Origin: Blasia pusilla
Taxonomy: Eukaryota
Direction of reading: 5' to 3'
Length of the DNA stretch: 64,000 bases
Assembly: GCA_050084515.1 (NCBI GenBank)
Contig: CM114271.1
Span: 49,910,001-49,974,000 of the forward strand
Part shown: in pieces, positions 52,571 to 64,000 of the stretch
Numbering within the stretch: position 1 is the first letter of the stretch
How the letters are laid out: each line of letters begins with the position of its first letter
The notes under the pieces: generated by a model
What the model was told of the DNA's origin: nothing
Databases searched by the model: none
Seen by the model: the letters and a program-made list of their open reading frames with translations, nothing else
Made by a program: the position numbers and the translations under genes

Positions 52571-55500
52571 TTCAGAGATTCTTGATCAACAAAGCACTCC
52601 TCCGCTACTTAGTAACTTTCAAGTTGGCTGCTAACACCACTCTTAAGTTTGCCACAAGCCAATCAGTGACATGCATCCAACATATAATCTCAAATTCACA
52701 AAGCTTTACTTTACTTTATCCAACCCGAGGCACATCCACCAGAGGGTCATGAATTCGTACGAGGATCCTTAAACAAGGAAAAGACCAGGCTTTACTTTTT
52801 CAACTAATCTACCTTAACTACTCTTGTTACCTCTTCACCAAATAGTCAAAACTCTTCATTGTCCTATACTTTCGTCCTACTAACCATCTCAATGTCAAAA
52901 ATTAGGTTGCTCCTTCAATTTTCTATTCTCCTCTAACAACTTGACAATGTATGTCTTAACAATGGTGTAACAGTTACACACATAATGAACACGAACCAGG
53001 AATCAATTATCAATGGCAATGAAGTAGGAGAGGTATGGATGTCCAGCATTTAACTATCGTGCACTCTAGAGGGACTAGTCGGCTTGAAAATGCATAAGTC
53101 TTGAGCCACTTTAGCTATGCATGAATCTTCTCTGATAACTTAATGTATGCTACTTCATTGCCATTGGACTGTTTTGGAACATGGGGGATTCTTGAATGAG
53201 AATCCAATATGTTTGATTGTGGACCATGCTTTTCAAATTATTCTTGAGAGTCTCACTTACACCATATTCCACTTTTGGCCTACATCTTCAAATTCGGAAC
53301 TCATGGCTAAAATCTAAGCTCTTCTTTTAAGTGGCTAAGCAAATCCACATGAGAAATACTCTAATACACTTAGTCTACTCAATCTTCAAAAAGATTCATT
53401 TAGACCCATCTCCTCTACCTTGATTGCAAGCATTTTAATGCTTATGCAAGTCTATCTTCTTCAATAACAACCCTACAACCATTTGTCTTCTTTGGAACTA
53501 CTTGAATCAATTCAAAACTCACTTACATATGAAGACTCTTTTTGATTAATTTGCGTCATAATTCAACCTCTATTCCTCTTCCCCTCTCTATGAAGCACTC
53601 CTGACCTTGAGATTTGCAAGAGGAAATCTTGGGTTGTGTCTTGCATAACTCTTAGGTTGCATATTGTCTCTCCAAGAATTCTCTTCCCCAAACTTCAATC
53701 AATCTCCCCAAGTTGCTCATCTAGACCAGATTAGTTTCTCAAGAAGCATCCCAAACAGCTCCTTAATATGGCCAAACACACCATATGATGCATCGTAGTT
53801 CATTCACTTGAGTGAATAGGGAAGGAGAGGGTCCTCTTTGAGTACTTATAGGGTTTTCTAAGGGAACCCGGCCTTTCCTATCCTCTTGGGCCCTTAAATT
53901 TTGGCCCATAATCCAAATGTTGTTTGTGATCCGCACACCCACACGCGTTAGACTATTCACCTCTCAAAATGTCTTGAGGGAGTCTTCTTGCAGATTTTGT
54001 AACTCCCAACTCCCAAAATGTCTTGAGGGAGTCTTCTTGCAGATTTTGTAACTCCCAACTCCCAAAATGCATCTTGGAGCTTGGACCCGTGTTTTTTTTT
54101 TGTCTCATGGATAGCTCCAATCTCAACTCCCTCTGTTTGGCATCTCATGCTCATTTTTTCACCCTTCGTGTTTTATTGCTAGTCTCACGACTTTCGCCCT
54201 TCTTGACTACTCTTAGTCATGTTCATCGTTACTTACTTTCGATTTGAAACTTGGCTAAAGGATCCTACACCATTCTTGCCTTTCCCTTCTCCTCACATCT
54301 ACCTAAAGTTTGCCAAGTTTGGCTTTCTAATCTATATTTTTCCGCTCCTAGCGATAAATTCTTTATTGAAACTAAAATAAATTTTCTCTCTTAAGGCCTT
54401 ACAAATTTTCCATGTTTCTATCATCTAGTCATAATTACTTTCTCCCACCCCTCTGAAAGGGCCTTGACGATGTTTTCAAAAGTTGATCCTTAATACATTT
54501 CTTGGACCCATCCCAGCTCCTATCACGATTTTGGATTGTTATACATTGGGAGATCCCGTATACCCAGTAACAAAAGAACTCCTATGACTTCCTTTCTTGT
54601 AACGCTGGAGTCAGAGAGAAGTCGATAGAATTCGTGTTTGAAGGTGGAAACTCTGGCGAGCAATACTAATCTCAAAGAAAGCGGACAACATTAAACAACC
54701 CTAATCAGCATCCGTCTACGTTCCTTGGGTACCCCGACGATTGTCAGAAAATGATGAAGAGCGCACCTGACGCAATACCATGGTAATTCTTTGGACGAAA
54801 GTAGGGACAAGTAAACAATACTGATACTCGTATCTTGTTCCTCTAAGGGAAATACTTTTGAATCTTCAACTGGCACAGGCGCTTTAAATTAGGAAAAGAT
54901 ATATGCTTGACATATGATGGTCAAGTTGAAGCTCCTCCTCCTGTATAAAATTTGGTACACCAGTAGGCGGAGTCCTCGACGAGCTAGACGAGAATCAAAC
55001 ATTGTAAACTGTCCCTAGCCCGATCTACCTCGATGATTTCATATCGAAGCATACTATACACTAGATTTTGCTGTACTACTTCTTACATGAATTGACACCC
55101 TTCTGCAGCAATCCAGCAGCAAACATTTCTGCCTATGAATTCCGGAGGGAAGATCCCTAGAATCGTGACATTACGAATTCTGCAAGTGCGCACTGATGAA
55201 TCGAAATCCTCGGAAACGTTTTCGAATGATCATAAGGACTGCCTTGACCTTTATATACATTGGAACATGAAACCCAAAGGTCCTTCATGCAATAGCTAGC
55301 TAGCTAGCTTTGGTCAACTCAACACTGCTATAACCAAATTACCCTAAACCCTGCCCCCCAGATATCTAATTCCAGAATTAGATATCTGCCGCAGAAAATA
55401 TAATTTTTGGACTTAGTGTGGTCATGGACGAATGTTATTGCGCGGTGAATGAATGAATCCAACGAAAATTTATATGAGAGCTAAGGAGGCACGTAAAGTA

Positions 55501-55874
55501 CTCACGATAAAGCCCAGTTTCTTGACCTGTCCGTATATACAATTTCAAAATGAAAAACACAGAAAGAAATAGAACGCGACCAGTGCTGGTAATTCTTGCC
55601 CAATCGCGTACTGCGACCGTCACCCAAGTCCCGAGTGAAGCGGTTTAGAAAACACTATGACGGAGGAGAAACTCGAACGATTTAACGGCAGTTTCCTAGC
55701 TGGATTGAATTACAGCCAGCTTCTTTCGTGGATTGTGAAAGCAACGGTATGCCTGTTCCGAGTAAGTTCTCCAAACCAAAGATTTCACTAATTCTACGAT
55801 GATTTGTGTACACGGCGTCGTGACCAATCGCTGCTCTCCTCCCGCATTGGCCTTGAGATTGAAACGATGCGAAA

Positions 55875-57545
55875 TCACATCATACCCAGCATGCCTCCTA
55901 GGCCTCCGAGTGCTCCGAGCCCTCCCAGGCCCCCAAGACCCCCTCCGAGTCCTCCCATCATTGAGCCAAGGTCAAGACCACCACCACCCTGTGAAAGGAG
56001 CGAAGTGAAGTCTGGTGCACCTCCGGCTCCGAGTCCTCCCATCATTGAGCCAAGGTCAAGACCACCACCACCCTGTGCAAGGAGCGAATTGAAGTCTGGT
56101 GCACCTCCGGCTCCTGAGATGAGAGACGAGTAATCTGCACCACCCCCGCCACCGTTACCTCCCCCTCCATTAATGAGAGACATAAAATTAGCTGCATTAT
56201 TCGGATTGCCGAGGATTCTGGATAAATCTGCTTGTCGCTGCTGCCTCTGCTTGAGCCATGCGTTCACATATTGATTCTGTGGTCGGAAGTTGAAATTGTT
56301 GGCTGGTGCAGGTCCAGTCGGAAGGTATGGCGTTTGTTGGGCATAAGATGCCGGCGATGGAGGTGGAAACTGGCCGCGATCTCCAGCCCTAGGTGGCGGT
56401 TGACGGTAATTTGGTTGTCCATATTGTTGAGGTAGTCCGCGATTCTGAGCTACAGGTGGAGGCGGGCCTTGTTGATTGTAACCTTGCCCTACGTAGCCTG
56501 GGCCGCTGGTTCCCTGCTGCTGCGGACCAGGAGCATTTTGAAACTGGGAACCTGGAGCTGCAGATTGTGCTGGTCTACCCGGGGCATGCTGATTTGAAGG
56601 CTGTCCACGAGGCCCTGAGTCGTCCGAGCTCCCCCAGCTGGATGTAGTTGAACTTCGAGGAGTTGTTGCGGAGGTCCGGCCGATGACAGGGGAGGCTGGA
56701 GCACGGCCGTTGGAGTTGCTCGGATTATAGACCTTCTGAGCCTGAGGAGGGTTTATAGGATTATACCTGGCAGCCTGCAGCACCCGCGGCGGATCTATTC
56801 TCGTAAATCTGCCCTGCTCCTCCTCTGCAACGTGGTGGTAACAGATCAGACAAACAGTACGCGATGAGCCTTTCATGGTCTTGAATGCTGGCCCATATAT
56901 GGGACTCATTCCGCAATGAAGACAGCTCAGGATCGTCACATGGAAGACGTTGTTCACCTCGGGCTCCTTCGTCATGATGAAATCTCCCCTCTTGATAGAC
57001 CCCAACTGCAGTTTGTCGTCGTGACAGAATGCGCACAAGTCGAAGTTGGCATTCTTGACAGACGTGAAGCAAGGGCCGCGAACGGGAGTCTCCTGGCACT
57101 CGTCGCACTGTTTCGCGAAATGGTAAACATCGTCGTGCATCTGGCTACAGCCTCCCTTTATGGCAAGCTTGTCTACTACCTCGTACTCCGAAGATATATC
57201 TCTCCTGCTCTGTGGGCCCGTAGATCTTTCGAAGCATGCCTCGCAGAGATCGTGATCCTCTCTGGTCTTGTTGCGGTAGCGTTTACCCTGAATTGGAGCA
57301 ACCCGACACTCGGCGCATTCGATCAACCGAACTTGATACGGTTTCGATGAGATGTGCCGTTCGATCTTCACAAACGCGTTGTTAGGGTCACATGCCTCGT
57401 GAGCGAAGCACTTGGTACATACGTCGTAGTCCGGACGCCTTGTGCATTTGTAGCGATGGCCGTAAATGGGCATAATGCCGCATTTGTCACACTTGACGCC
57501 ATCGTGCAGCCACGGATGCCCGATACTCCCGCGGTACGTGCTCAT
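55875..57545 (-). CDS. Intronless 556-aa protein: four tandem ZZ-type zinc fingers, P/Q/G-rich disordered region and Gly-rich C-terminal repeats
   Basis: Open ORF with four CxxC...PI.G...D(L/V)CxxC-type units. The ATG at 57545 is supported by alignment to the paralog start at 24473; the ORF-track start at 57638 is TTG. Confidence 0.9.
   Translation of the reverse strand: MSTYRGSIGHPWLHDGVKCDKCGIMPIYGHRYKCTRRPDYDVCTKCFAHEACDPNNAFVKIERHISSKPYQVRLIECAECRVAPIQGKRYRNKTREDHDLCEACFERSTGPQSRRDISSEYEVVDKLAIKGGCSQMHDDVYHFAKQCDECQETPVRGPCFTSVKNANFDLCAFCHDDKLQLGSIKRGDFIMTKEPEVNNVFHVTILSCLHCGMSPIYGPAFKTMKGSSRTVCLICYHHVAEEEQGRFTRIDPPRVLQAARYNPINPPQAQKVYNPSNSNGRAPASPVIGRTSATTPRSSTTSSWGSSDDSGPRGQPSNQHAPGRPAQSAAPGSQFQNAPGPQQQGTSGPGYVGQGYNQQGPPPPVAQNRGLPQQYGQPNYRQPPPRAGDRGQFPPPSPASYAQQTPYLPTGPAPANNFNFRPQNQYVNAWLKQRQQRQADLSRILGNPNNAANFMSLINGGGGNGGGGGADYSSLISGAGGAPDFNSLLAQGGGGLDLGSMMGGLGAGGAPDFTSLLSQGGGGLDLGSMMGGLGGGLGGLGGLGALGGLGGMLGMM
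55943..56113 (-). repeat. 84-bp in-frame coding duplication (GAGGAPDFxSLLxQGGGGLDLGSMMGGL x2)
   Basis: Units start at 55943 and 56027. Confidence 0.95.
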
Positions 57546-58599
57546 GCTGCTTTTCAGAACTCCTGAATTGGAAGAGATCCACCGCTGAAGTTCCACACTG
57601 GCAGTTTCTCCCCTGCTGGCTGGGTCACACTTTCGCAACTGATGTTGTCAACGAATCAGAAATGCTCCACGAATCACTGCACCCACCCTCCCGTCTGAAC
57701 AGCCGGAGTACAAGACCGAACACTAATATTACCAGGAATCAGAAACACGATGTCAGAATTATCACGCAGTCGAGAGCTTCAGTGATTTGAGATCTTCTCA
57801 CCGCTCCCGAAGTAATCTTCGTCGCCTACATCTCACTCTCTCCGGATCAAGTCTCTCGCAGCTCAATCCCGTGTGCGCAGTTCCTTCTCCTCTATATTAT
57901 CCTGAGTTTCCCGGATAAGCACTGGCGCCTGCGGACCACCCTCTTTGCGTGCATCTTAAGGCTAATGCGAGTTGACAGAAGGAGATCGCACTCACCGAAC
58001 GCACGTCAGGGGGATCGATCGATTCACAACGCGCTTAAGCTCGATTAAGTACCCGGTCCATCCGAAGTACTAATCGGACGGTCCAAAAGCAAGATCTCAC
58101 GAAACTGACTCCGCAAATTTACGAAGATTCTCATTAGACCGGGTCCGAGACTCCCAAGCAGGCTAAGCTAGGCCAACGAAGTCAACGGCATCAAACTGCC
58201 CCTAACATCTATAGCTCGCAATAGGGGCAAAGTCCTCGGGAACCGGTAGATTGCCGGTTGTGAAATATCCGCAATCTACCGGTTCACAATCGGAAGTGGT
58301 TTCCAACCGGTTTTTAAAACTCCGATTTTAAACTAAATGGAAGTTCCTCGTATCATATATTCATTTTACTAAAAAATAAATCTCAAAAGAGGACAAAGAT
58401 AGTCAAAAAATTGGCTCCCTAAACACATGTTCAACAAGCAGCACGATTAATAACTTGAAATAAATCTGGTGAGAGCACGAATGTTGGTAAGATATGAATG
58501 GATTACGAAGCGAGCGACAGCCCACCACCTCTGCACGACGTATCAATGCCAAGGCTTGTGCCCGTTGTAAGATCACTGAGATGCATTGCCGAAAATAAG

Positions 58600-58908
58600 T
58601 AGTATGTTTTTTTCATTCTTCCGTATTCGGTACTAGTAATATTTTCCCAAATATATTTGATGAAAATCAATATATTTCACATACATAATAGAATCACTAT
58701 ATGTACATATGTTGAAATTGGAAAATTTAAGTAAATATTGAAGATAAGTTTTGATAAGTATGTTTTTTTTTCCTTCCCGTATTCGATACTAGTAATATTT
58801 TCCCAGTATATTTGATGAAAATCAATATATTTCACATGTATAATAGAATCATTATATGTACATATGTTGAAATTATAAAATTTAAGTAAATATTGAAGAT
58901 AAGTTTTT
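58600..58908. repeat. About 157-bp AT-rich tandem duplication
   Basis: AGTATGTTTTTTT...GAAGATAAGTTTT occurs twice. Confidence 0.9.
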
Positions 58909-59515
58909 GCTCAAATTTATGAATAATCATGAGATTTTTTTTAAAATTTTTTTAAAAAAACTCATATTAATTTAGAAAGAAAGTAATTATCCTTAGTTTT
59001 TCAACTTCCATCTCTCGATTAGCTAAAAAATAACTCATCACTCATTTTCATCATAAGTTTGTGTCAATATCTTGTTTAGAAATCCCTCACAGTTAAAGAT
59101 TGAAAATAAAAAAAACAAGTTAAAATCATTTTCATCCTTTTGAAAAGTAATAAAATTTACACTATTCTACAATTATTTTGTTTTATTTTATTATTAATCT
59201 GTAATTTCCCTTCCAAGATTACCTAGAAATTATTTTTTTTCTCAAATATTGAAATAATAAATTGATCATGAAAAAGACTCATAATCTTTTCATTAATAAT
59301 ATTTTTTTGAAATTTAAATTTATTTGAAGAAAAAAATGATAGAATTATTAAAACCTATTTTCCATTGAAGTTTTGGGTTAATATAGGCAAAATTGAAAAG
59401 ATTTGAAAAATCAAAAAACTTCATATGCATGGCTTAGTATAGGAAAATTTAATCAAAAATTGAAAAACTGAAAGCAATCAAGGCCTTCGTCGAGAACATC
59501 ATACTATTGAGGGCA

Positions 59516-60226
59516 CTAGTTAGCATGCCCGTGCTACGCACAGAAAGAGGTATTTATATAATGAATTGTTAGAAAAAAATTAAAATTAAAGAGTGGGCAT
59601 TATTGTGAACCCAACCCTCACATACATAAAATCATTACTTAACCACTCCCCCCAAAAATATAACTCCTACCAATCAAACAAAATCCCACTAATTCCTACA
59701 ATAAATACTATCCAATTCTTAACCCACTCTTCACATACATAAAATCACGACTAAACCATTCCCTCATAAATAGAATCTCCACCAATCAAATTAAATCCCA
59801 CTACTTCCTACGATAATTATTATTAATTTTTAACTCATTCCTCAAATACATAAAATCATCACTAATCCACCTCCATAAGTATAACTCCCACCAATCAAAT
59901 TAAACCTCATTACTTCCTACAATAATTACTATGCAAAGATTTCCATTTCTTTTCACACCCATAGCAAACTAATCTTTTCAAACCCATAACAAGTTACAAA
60001 ATGAAGACATGACCAAAAAAAAGTAACATGTTACTGTTTTATCTTATTATGGTTGCTTTCTTGTCTAATTCGAATTGTGGGTTTACGCATTATAGTATGG
60101 ATTAATCTTTAATAGTATCATGTGTTCTTTTTAACATAAGATTAACAAGAGGTAATAGATTAAATGACATGTTTCTATGTATGGGTGATTTTTTCACTTA
60201 TGCATAGCACGGGCCTAATGCGAGTA
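59516..60226 (-). mobile_element. Non-autonomous Helitron-like element with 3 x about 113-bp internal repeats
   Basis: Minus-strand 3' end CTGTGCGTAGCACGGGCATGCTAACTAG|T at 59516. Repeats near 59619, 59732 and 59842. A decayed opposite-facing 3' end lies at about 60200-60226. Confidence 0.7.
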
Positions 60227-61539
60227 CATGAAGGAGTGAATTTAATTTGAATGGACTCTAGTTAACTAGGATGATTCTATCCACAAATCTCATATTTTTG
60301 TATTAATTATTTTTAATCAATTTTTAATAAATTTATTGGTTAAAAGGATTAGACGTAAAAAAATCAAAGAGGTCCTCTCCAAAAATAATCCCATGCTCGG
60401 AGTTTAACTCACCTCCCTACTACATAAATAAAGGTACCGTGGGATGTAGTTAGGCATTTCCTATCTAATTACCAAACCGTGATCCTATTAATAGTTGACC
60501 CATCTTTATCTTAGTTTAGTTTCCTTATCTTTATTTTCTTCTATTTCATCTCTATTTATATATTCTGCTAACTAAATTAGAAAGAAGGTTAGCTTGATGT
60601 ATTTTTGTATAAATTTCTATTCTATCTACTACTAAAAAAATTTTAAAATTTTAATTATTGTAATATAGAATTAATAATTTTGTATTGCACAAAGCCTAAA
60701 GGGAACAATATACTCTAGATGAAAATTCAAAGGGCATTCGGTTGTGCCCAAACCCTAAATTGTGCATCACTATCTAGATTTCCATCGGAGAAATCGTCGT
60801 GCGCCTATTCTCCTTGAATGTAAATCTTTAGTGTTGCGAAAGCGTGTGTTTAGTAGGACACGCTCTCAATGCTGATCTCCAGCCAAACACGCACTCACGT
60901 TAGTTTTTTCAAAATTTGTGAAAGTTTATATGGAAAAATGAGAGTAATCTAGTTTTTAATGAAATGAGAAACACATAATTGCAAATCAAAACTCATCAGA
61001 AAAATAAAAATTTTATGTTTTAAAAATGATGGGAGAGATAATGCACGGATTGTAGATTATAAGAAAATTAATTTTTTGTAATGAGTAATAAATTAATCTA
61101 GTGTTCCGAAAATTATTATGATGAATTCATCTTGCAATAAATGGATAGTAAACTTTGTGGTATTTTGATGAATATTTCTTCTTTCTTTTTCCTTAAATTC
61201 ATAATAATAAATTTTTTTAAATACGTCAAATCTTGCATAAATGGAATAGATGGATAATCTGGATTTTTTTTCAAGGAATTAAAAAGGAAAATAATCATGA
61301 AAAATAATCCATAGCTTTGAGGATTTTTAAAGCAAATGCGTCTTTCATTTAATTGATGATGTGAGTTCAACTGTAATATTTTAAGTAAAATTTCCTTATT
61401 TTTAAAGTTCATAATTTAATTTTTTGGTCATTTTTAAAAATCTAATATAAAATTTCAAACCATTTAATTTAAATCATATTTACTATTTAATATTTATTTT
61501 TTGATAATTTAAAAAAATTCTTATATATTACTATAATTC

Positions 61540-61678
61540 CTTTATAAGTCATGAAAATATGATTGCATTGGTTTTGTAAGTCATAAAAATGGAATTTAAC
61601 CAACCAATCTATAATTTGAGTCATTTTGTATACAAGTGATTCATTGCCAAGTCATACAATCCATAATTTTATGTAGTG
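61540..61678. mobile_element. CACTA terminus remnant
   Basis: ...TTTTATGTAGTG at 61678 (CACTAC on the minus strand), preceded by several AGTCAT subterminal motifs as at 16100-16399. Confidence 0.45.
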
Positions 61679-62873
61679 TTTACGGATAATACTCCATGTT
61701 GTGCAAATGTTGTTTTGGAAAGTACATACTCTTTTGCTCACTTTTGAGGAATTTCTTTTTTCATATTTCAGCATTTACAATTTTCATCTTGCAATTAATG
61801 AGAAGAAGAGTTATTTGTACTCCAAAATGACTAATTGTGTACTGCCATTTTCTTTATTTGATGAGATTTGACAATTCATAGACGATCGGATTCAGAAAGG
61901 CAGAGTTGTAGACTTGTTATTAAGTACATTAAGGATATCCCCCCTAAGTTATGACATATTCGCCCCTCCATGTTGTTTTGTTATGCAAAACAAAATGGAG
62001 GGATGAATATGTGTTCATGTCTCGAACTACAATAGATGGGATGGCCATGCATTCATCTATTCTGTGGGATGAACATGTTGGTAAGGATTCCATGAAGCAC
62101 TTTAAGCCGTGGTGGGATAAGGATGCATTGAGAAAAGTCTACTCGAGTGGCGTACCGTGCTTCACTAATAATGACGTGGAAATGATGTTTAGTTGCTCTA
62201 CCCCACCTATTATAGTAAAGGATGGCAGTCTAAATTTTTGAGGATGCTAAGCAATAGTTCTCAACTATGGTCCCATGAACTAAGGTATTACAAATTGGTG
62301 CATGGCGCCAATCTCAATATGGCATATCCTGTTGAGAACTCTCCAACTAACTATATATTACCAAATTTTTGTGGGACAACGATTTAGAGAGCAATCAAGC
62401 CCACATATAGAATTTTTCTAGGATAAAGCCTCAACCATAGGCAATAACAATGTGGATATTTATGATATCTATGGTCATAAATTGATTCATCAAACATACA
62501 AAATAAAGGTTGTGTTGGTAACACAAAATATGGAACTGTACATGCTTGGACATTGAGTGTAACATAGAATGTGAAGTCGTTGAGGTTCACAAAGATAGAA
62601 ATTTTCTACCTTCTTACAACTCTGGTACCCTTGTTTCTCTTGATGTAGGTGTTATTGAGGTTGAACACGTTGCCGGAATTTTCTCACCCCTAACTCAATT
62701 AGTTGCATTGTCTGTAGCTTTGGAAGTAGATTAACACACTTGATAACTTAGCGTGGGTTACCCTAGTACTCCAAATAAGATAAGAATTTTTTGTTGGGAT
62801 TTTGGAGTGAACATTGCAAGTACGAGGAAAATCTAGACTATGACCCAAACATAGAGGAGGCAACGTGGGAGAG

Positions 62874-63200
62874 TGTAACTCTTACGCTCATAAGACCACT
62901 CTTGAGTTGCTCAAAGGTAGAATGCCTCGCAAGGCCTCTCCTCTTCGTTTATATACTTAGAGATATGCATAATGAATTCAAAGATAAATTCTACCTATCC
63001 TTATCCCATGTGTTCTCTTCTCATAGCATGAGAAGATTTTTTTGGATTCTAATATCCTTATCTCATCTTATCACATCTATCCCTAATTTCATTTCATCTT
63101 ACTTTTTTGCAGCATATGACCCCACTCTTATCTTTCTCTTCTTCTTTTTTTCCTTTTGTATTTTTGGCTGGTTCTTCCTACTTATTAGAGGAGTATTACA
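62874..63200. mobile_element. LTR fragment homologous to 1195-1385
   Basis: TGTAACT...ACCACTCTTGAGTTGCTCAAAGGTAGAATGCC...CTACCTATCCTTAT. Confidence 0.7.
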
Positions 63201-63229
63201 AGAAGAATAAGAAGATGGATGACATATAA

Positions 63230-64000
63230 TTGCCTTCTTTTCTCGCAAGTTATTGCTAGTAGAGAAAAATACTATATAAATGAGCAAGAAGAACTTGTCA
63301 TTGCATTGGCAATCAAGCATTGGAAACACTACTTAGGCAAGAAGAAGTTTGTGGTGGAGATAGATCTCAAGCCCTTGGTCTAGTTAGAGCCCCAAATGGA
63401 GCTCTCCATTAGGCCAACTTCAATGGGCACAATGGCGATAAAAATTCACCATGAAAATTTTCTATATCAAAGGAAAGGAGTAGTTGGCGGACGCCTTGAC
63501 TCATGATCATATGTTATAGATGAATAACATGTCTGAAGTACAAATTCACTCTAGCTGGTGGAAAATGTTGATCAAAGCAACAAAAGAGGATGAAGAAATT
63601 GCAATTGCTATTCAAGAAAAAAAAAGCACATACTATTCATGGATTGGTTTTCCAGAAAGGTAAAGTATAGATCCCACAAGATCCACACTTACGCATTCAA
63701 GTATTGTCCAGGGATCACGACACAATCATTACGTATCATATAGCACTTGACAAAATCTTAGAGGGGTTACAACATGAATACTATATATTGGCCTAAATTG
63801 AGAGAAGATGTTGATATATATATATATATATATATATATAAGGATTTGTATGAGTTATCACAAAATCAAGGCTAGTAACTCAAAACCAACAAGATTGTTT
63901 TAACCCATCCTAATACCTCAATTAAAAACGTTGGGAATAAGTCACTATGGGTCTTGTTTGTGAGCTACCATGTACAATCACAAGACATGACTCTATTAAG
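63230..64000 (+). mobile_element. Highly decayed Gypsy RNase H and integrase fragment
   Basis: EELVIALAIKHWKHYLGKKKFVVEIDLKPL and YIKGKE*LADALT. Confidence 0.7.
63814..63840. repeat. (AT)n microsatellite
   Basis: Uninterrupted AT run. Confidence 0.95.

Noticed and set aside
52570-54500. Possible decayed retroelement gag/protease region with a 49-bp duplication at 53965/54014
   Set aside because: Too degraded to assign domains.
55875-57545. Calling the gene NBR1
   Set aside because: The ZZ fingers are NBR1-like, but PB1, FW and UBA domains are absent.
57546-57638. N-terminal 31 aa of the 587-aa ORF
   Set aside because: It starts at TTG; paralog alignment places the start at ATG 57545.

Overview
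Repeat-rich eukaryotic nuclear DNA, most likely from a land plant (TTTAGGG-type repeats; the TE repertoire suggests a non-seed plant such as a bryophyte, but this is inference). Most of the window is nested, decayed transposons: at least three Ty3/Gypsy families, a Ty1/Copia remnant, a CRE-like LINE 3' end, CACTA, Helitron and hAT-like ends, a P-element-like transposase remnant, and a DUF7869/Sola1-like transposase beside telomere-like and satellite arrays. The only recognisable host genes are two intronless paralogs with four tandem ZZ-type zinc fingers and a P/Q/G-rich tail. One is intact (55875-57545) and one is disrupted (22536-24473). The most notable signal is not annotated in the ORF track: a complete but decayed DNMT3-like cytosine methyltransferase domain lies between protease and RT of a Gypsy element (about 6770-7730, minus strand). 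Relatives of that element in the window carry a PHD finger after the integrase, which suggests a retrotransposon family encoding its own chromatin writer and reader. Boundaries are hand-estimated unless a TSD or codon is cited.
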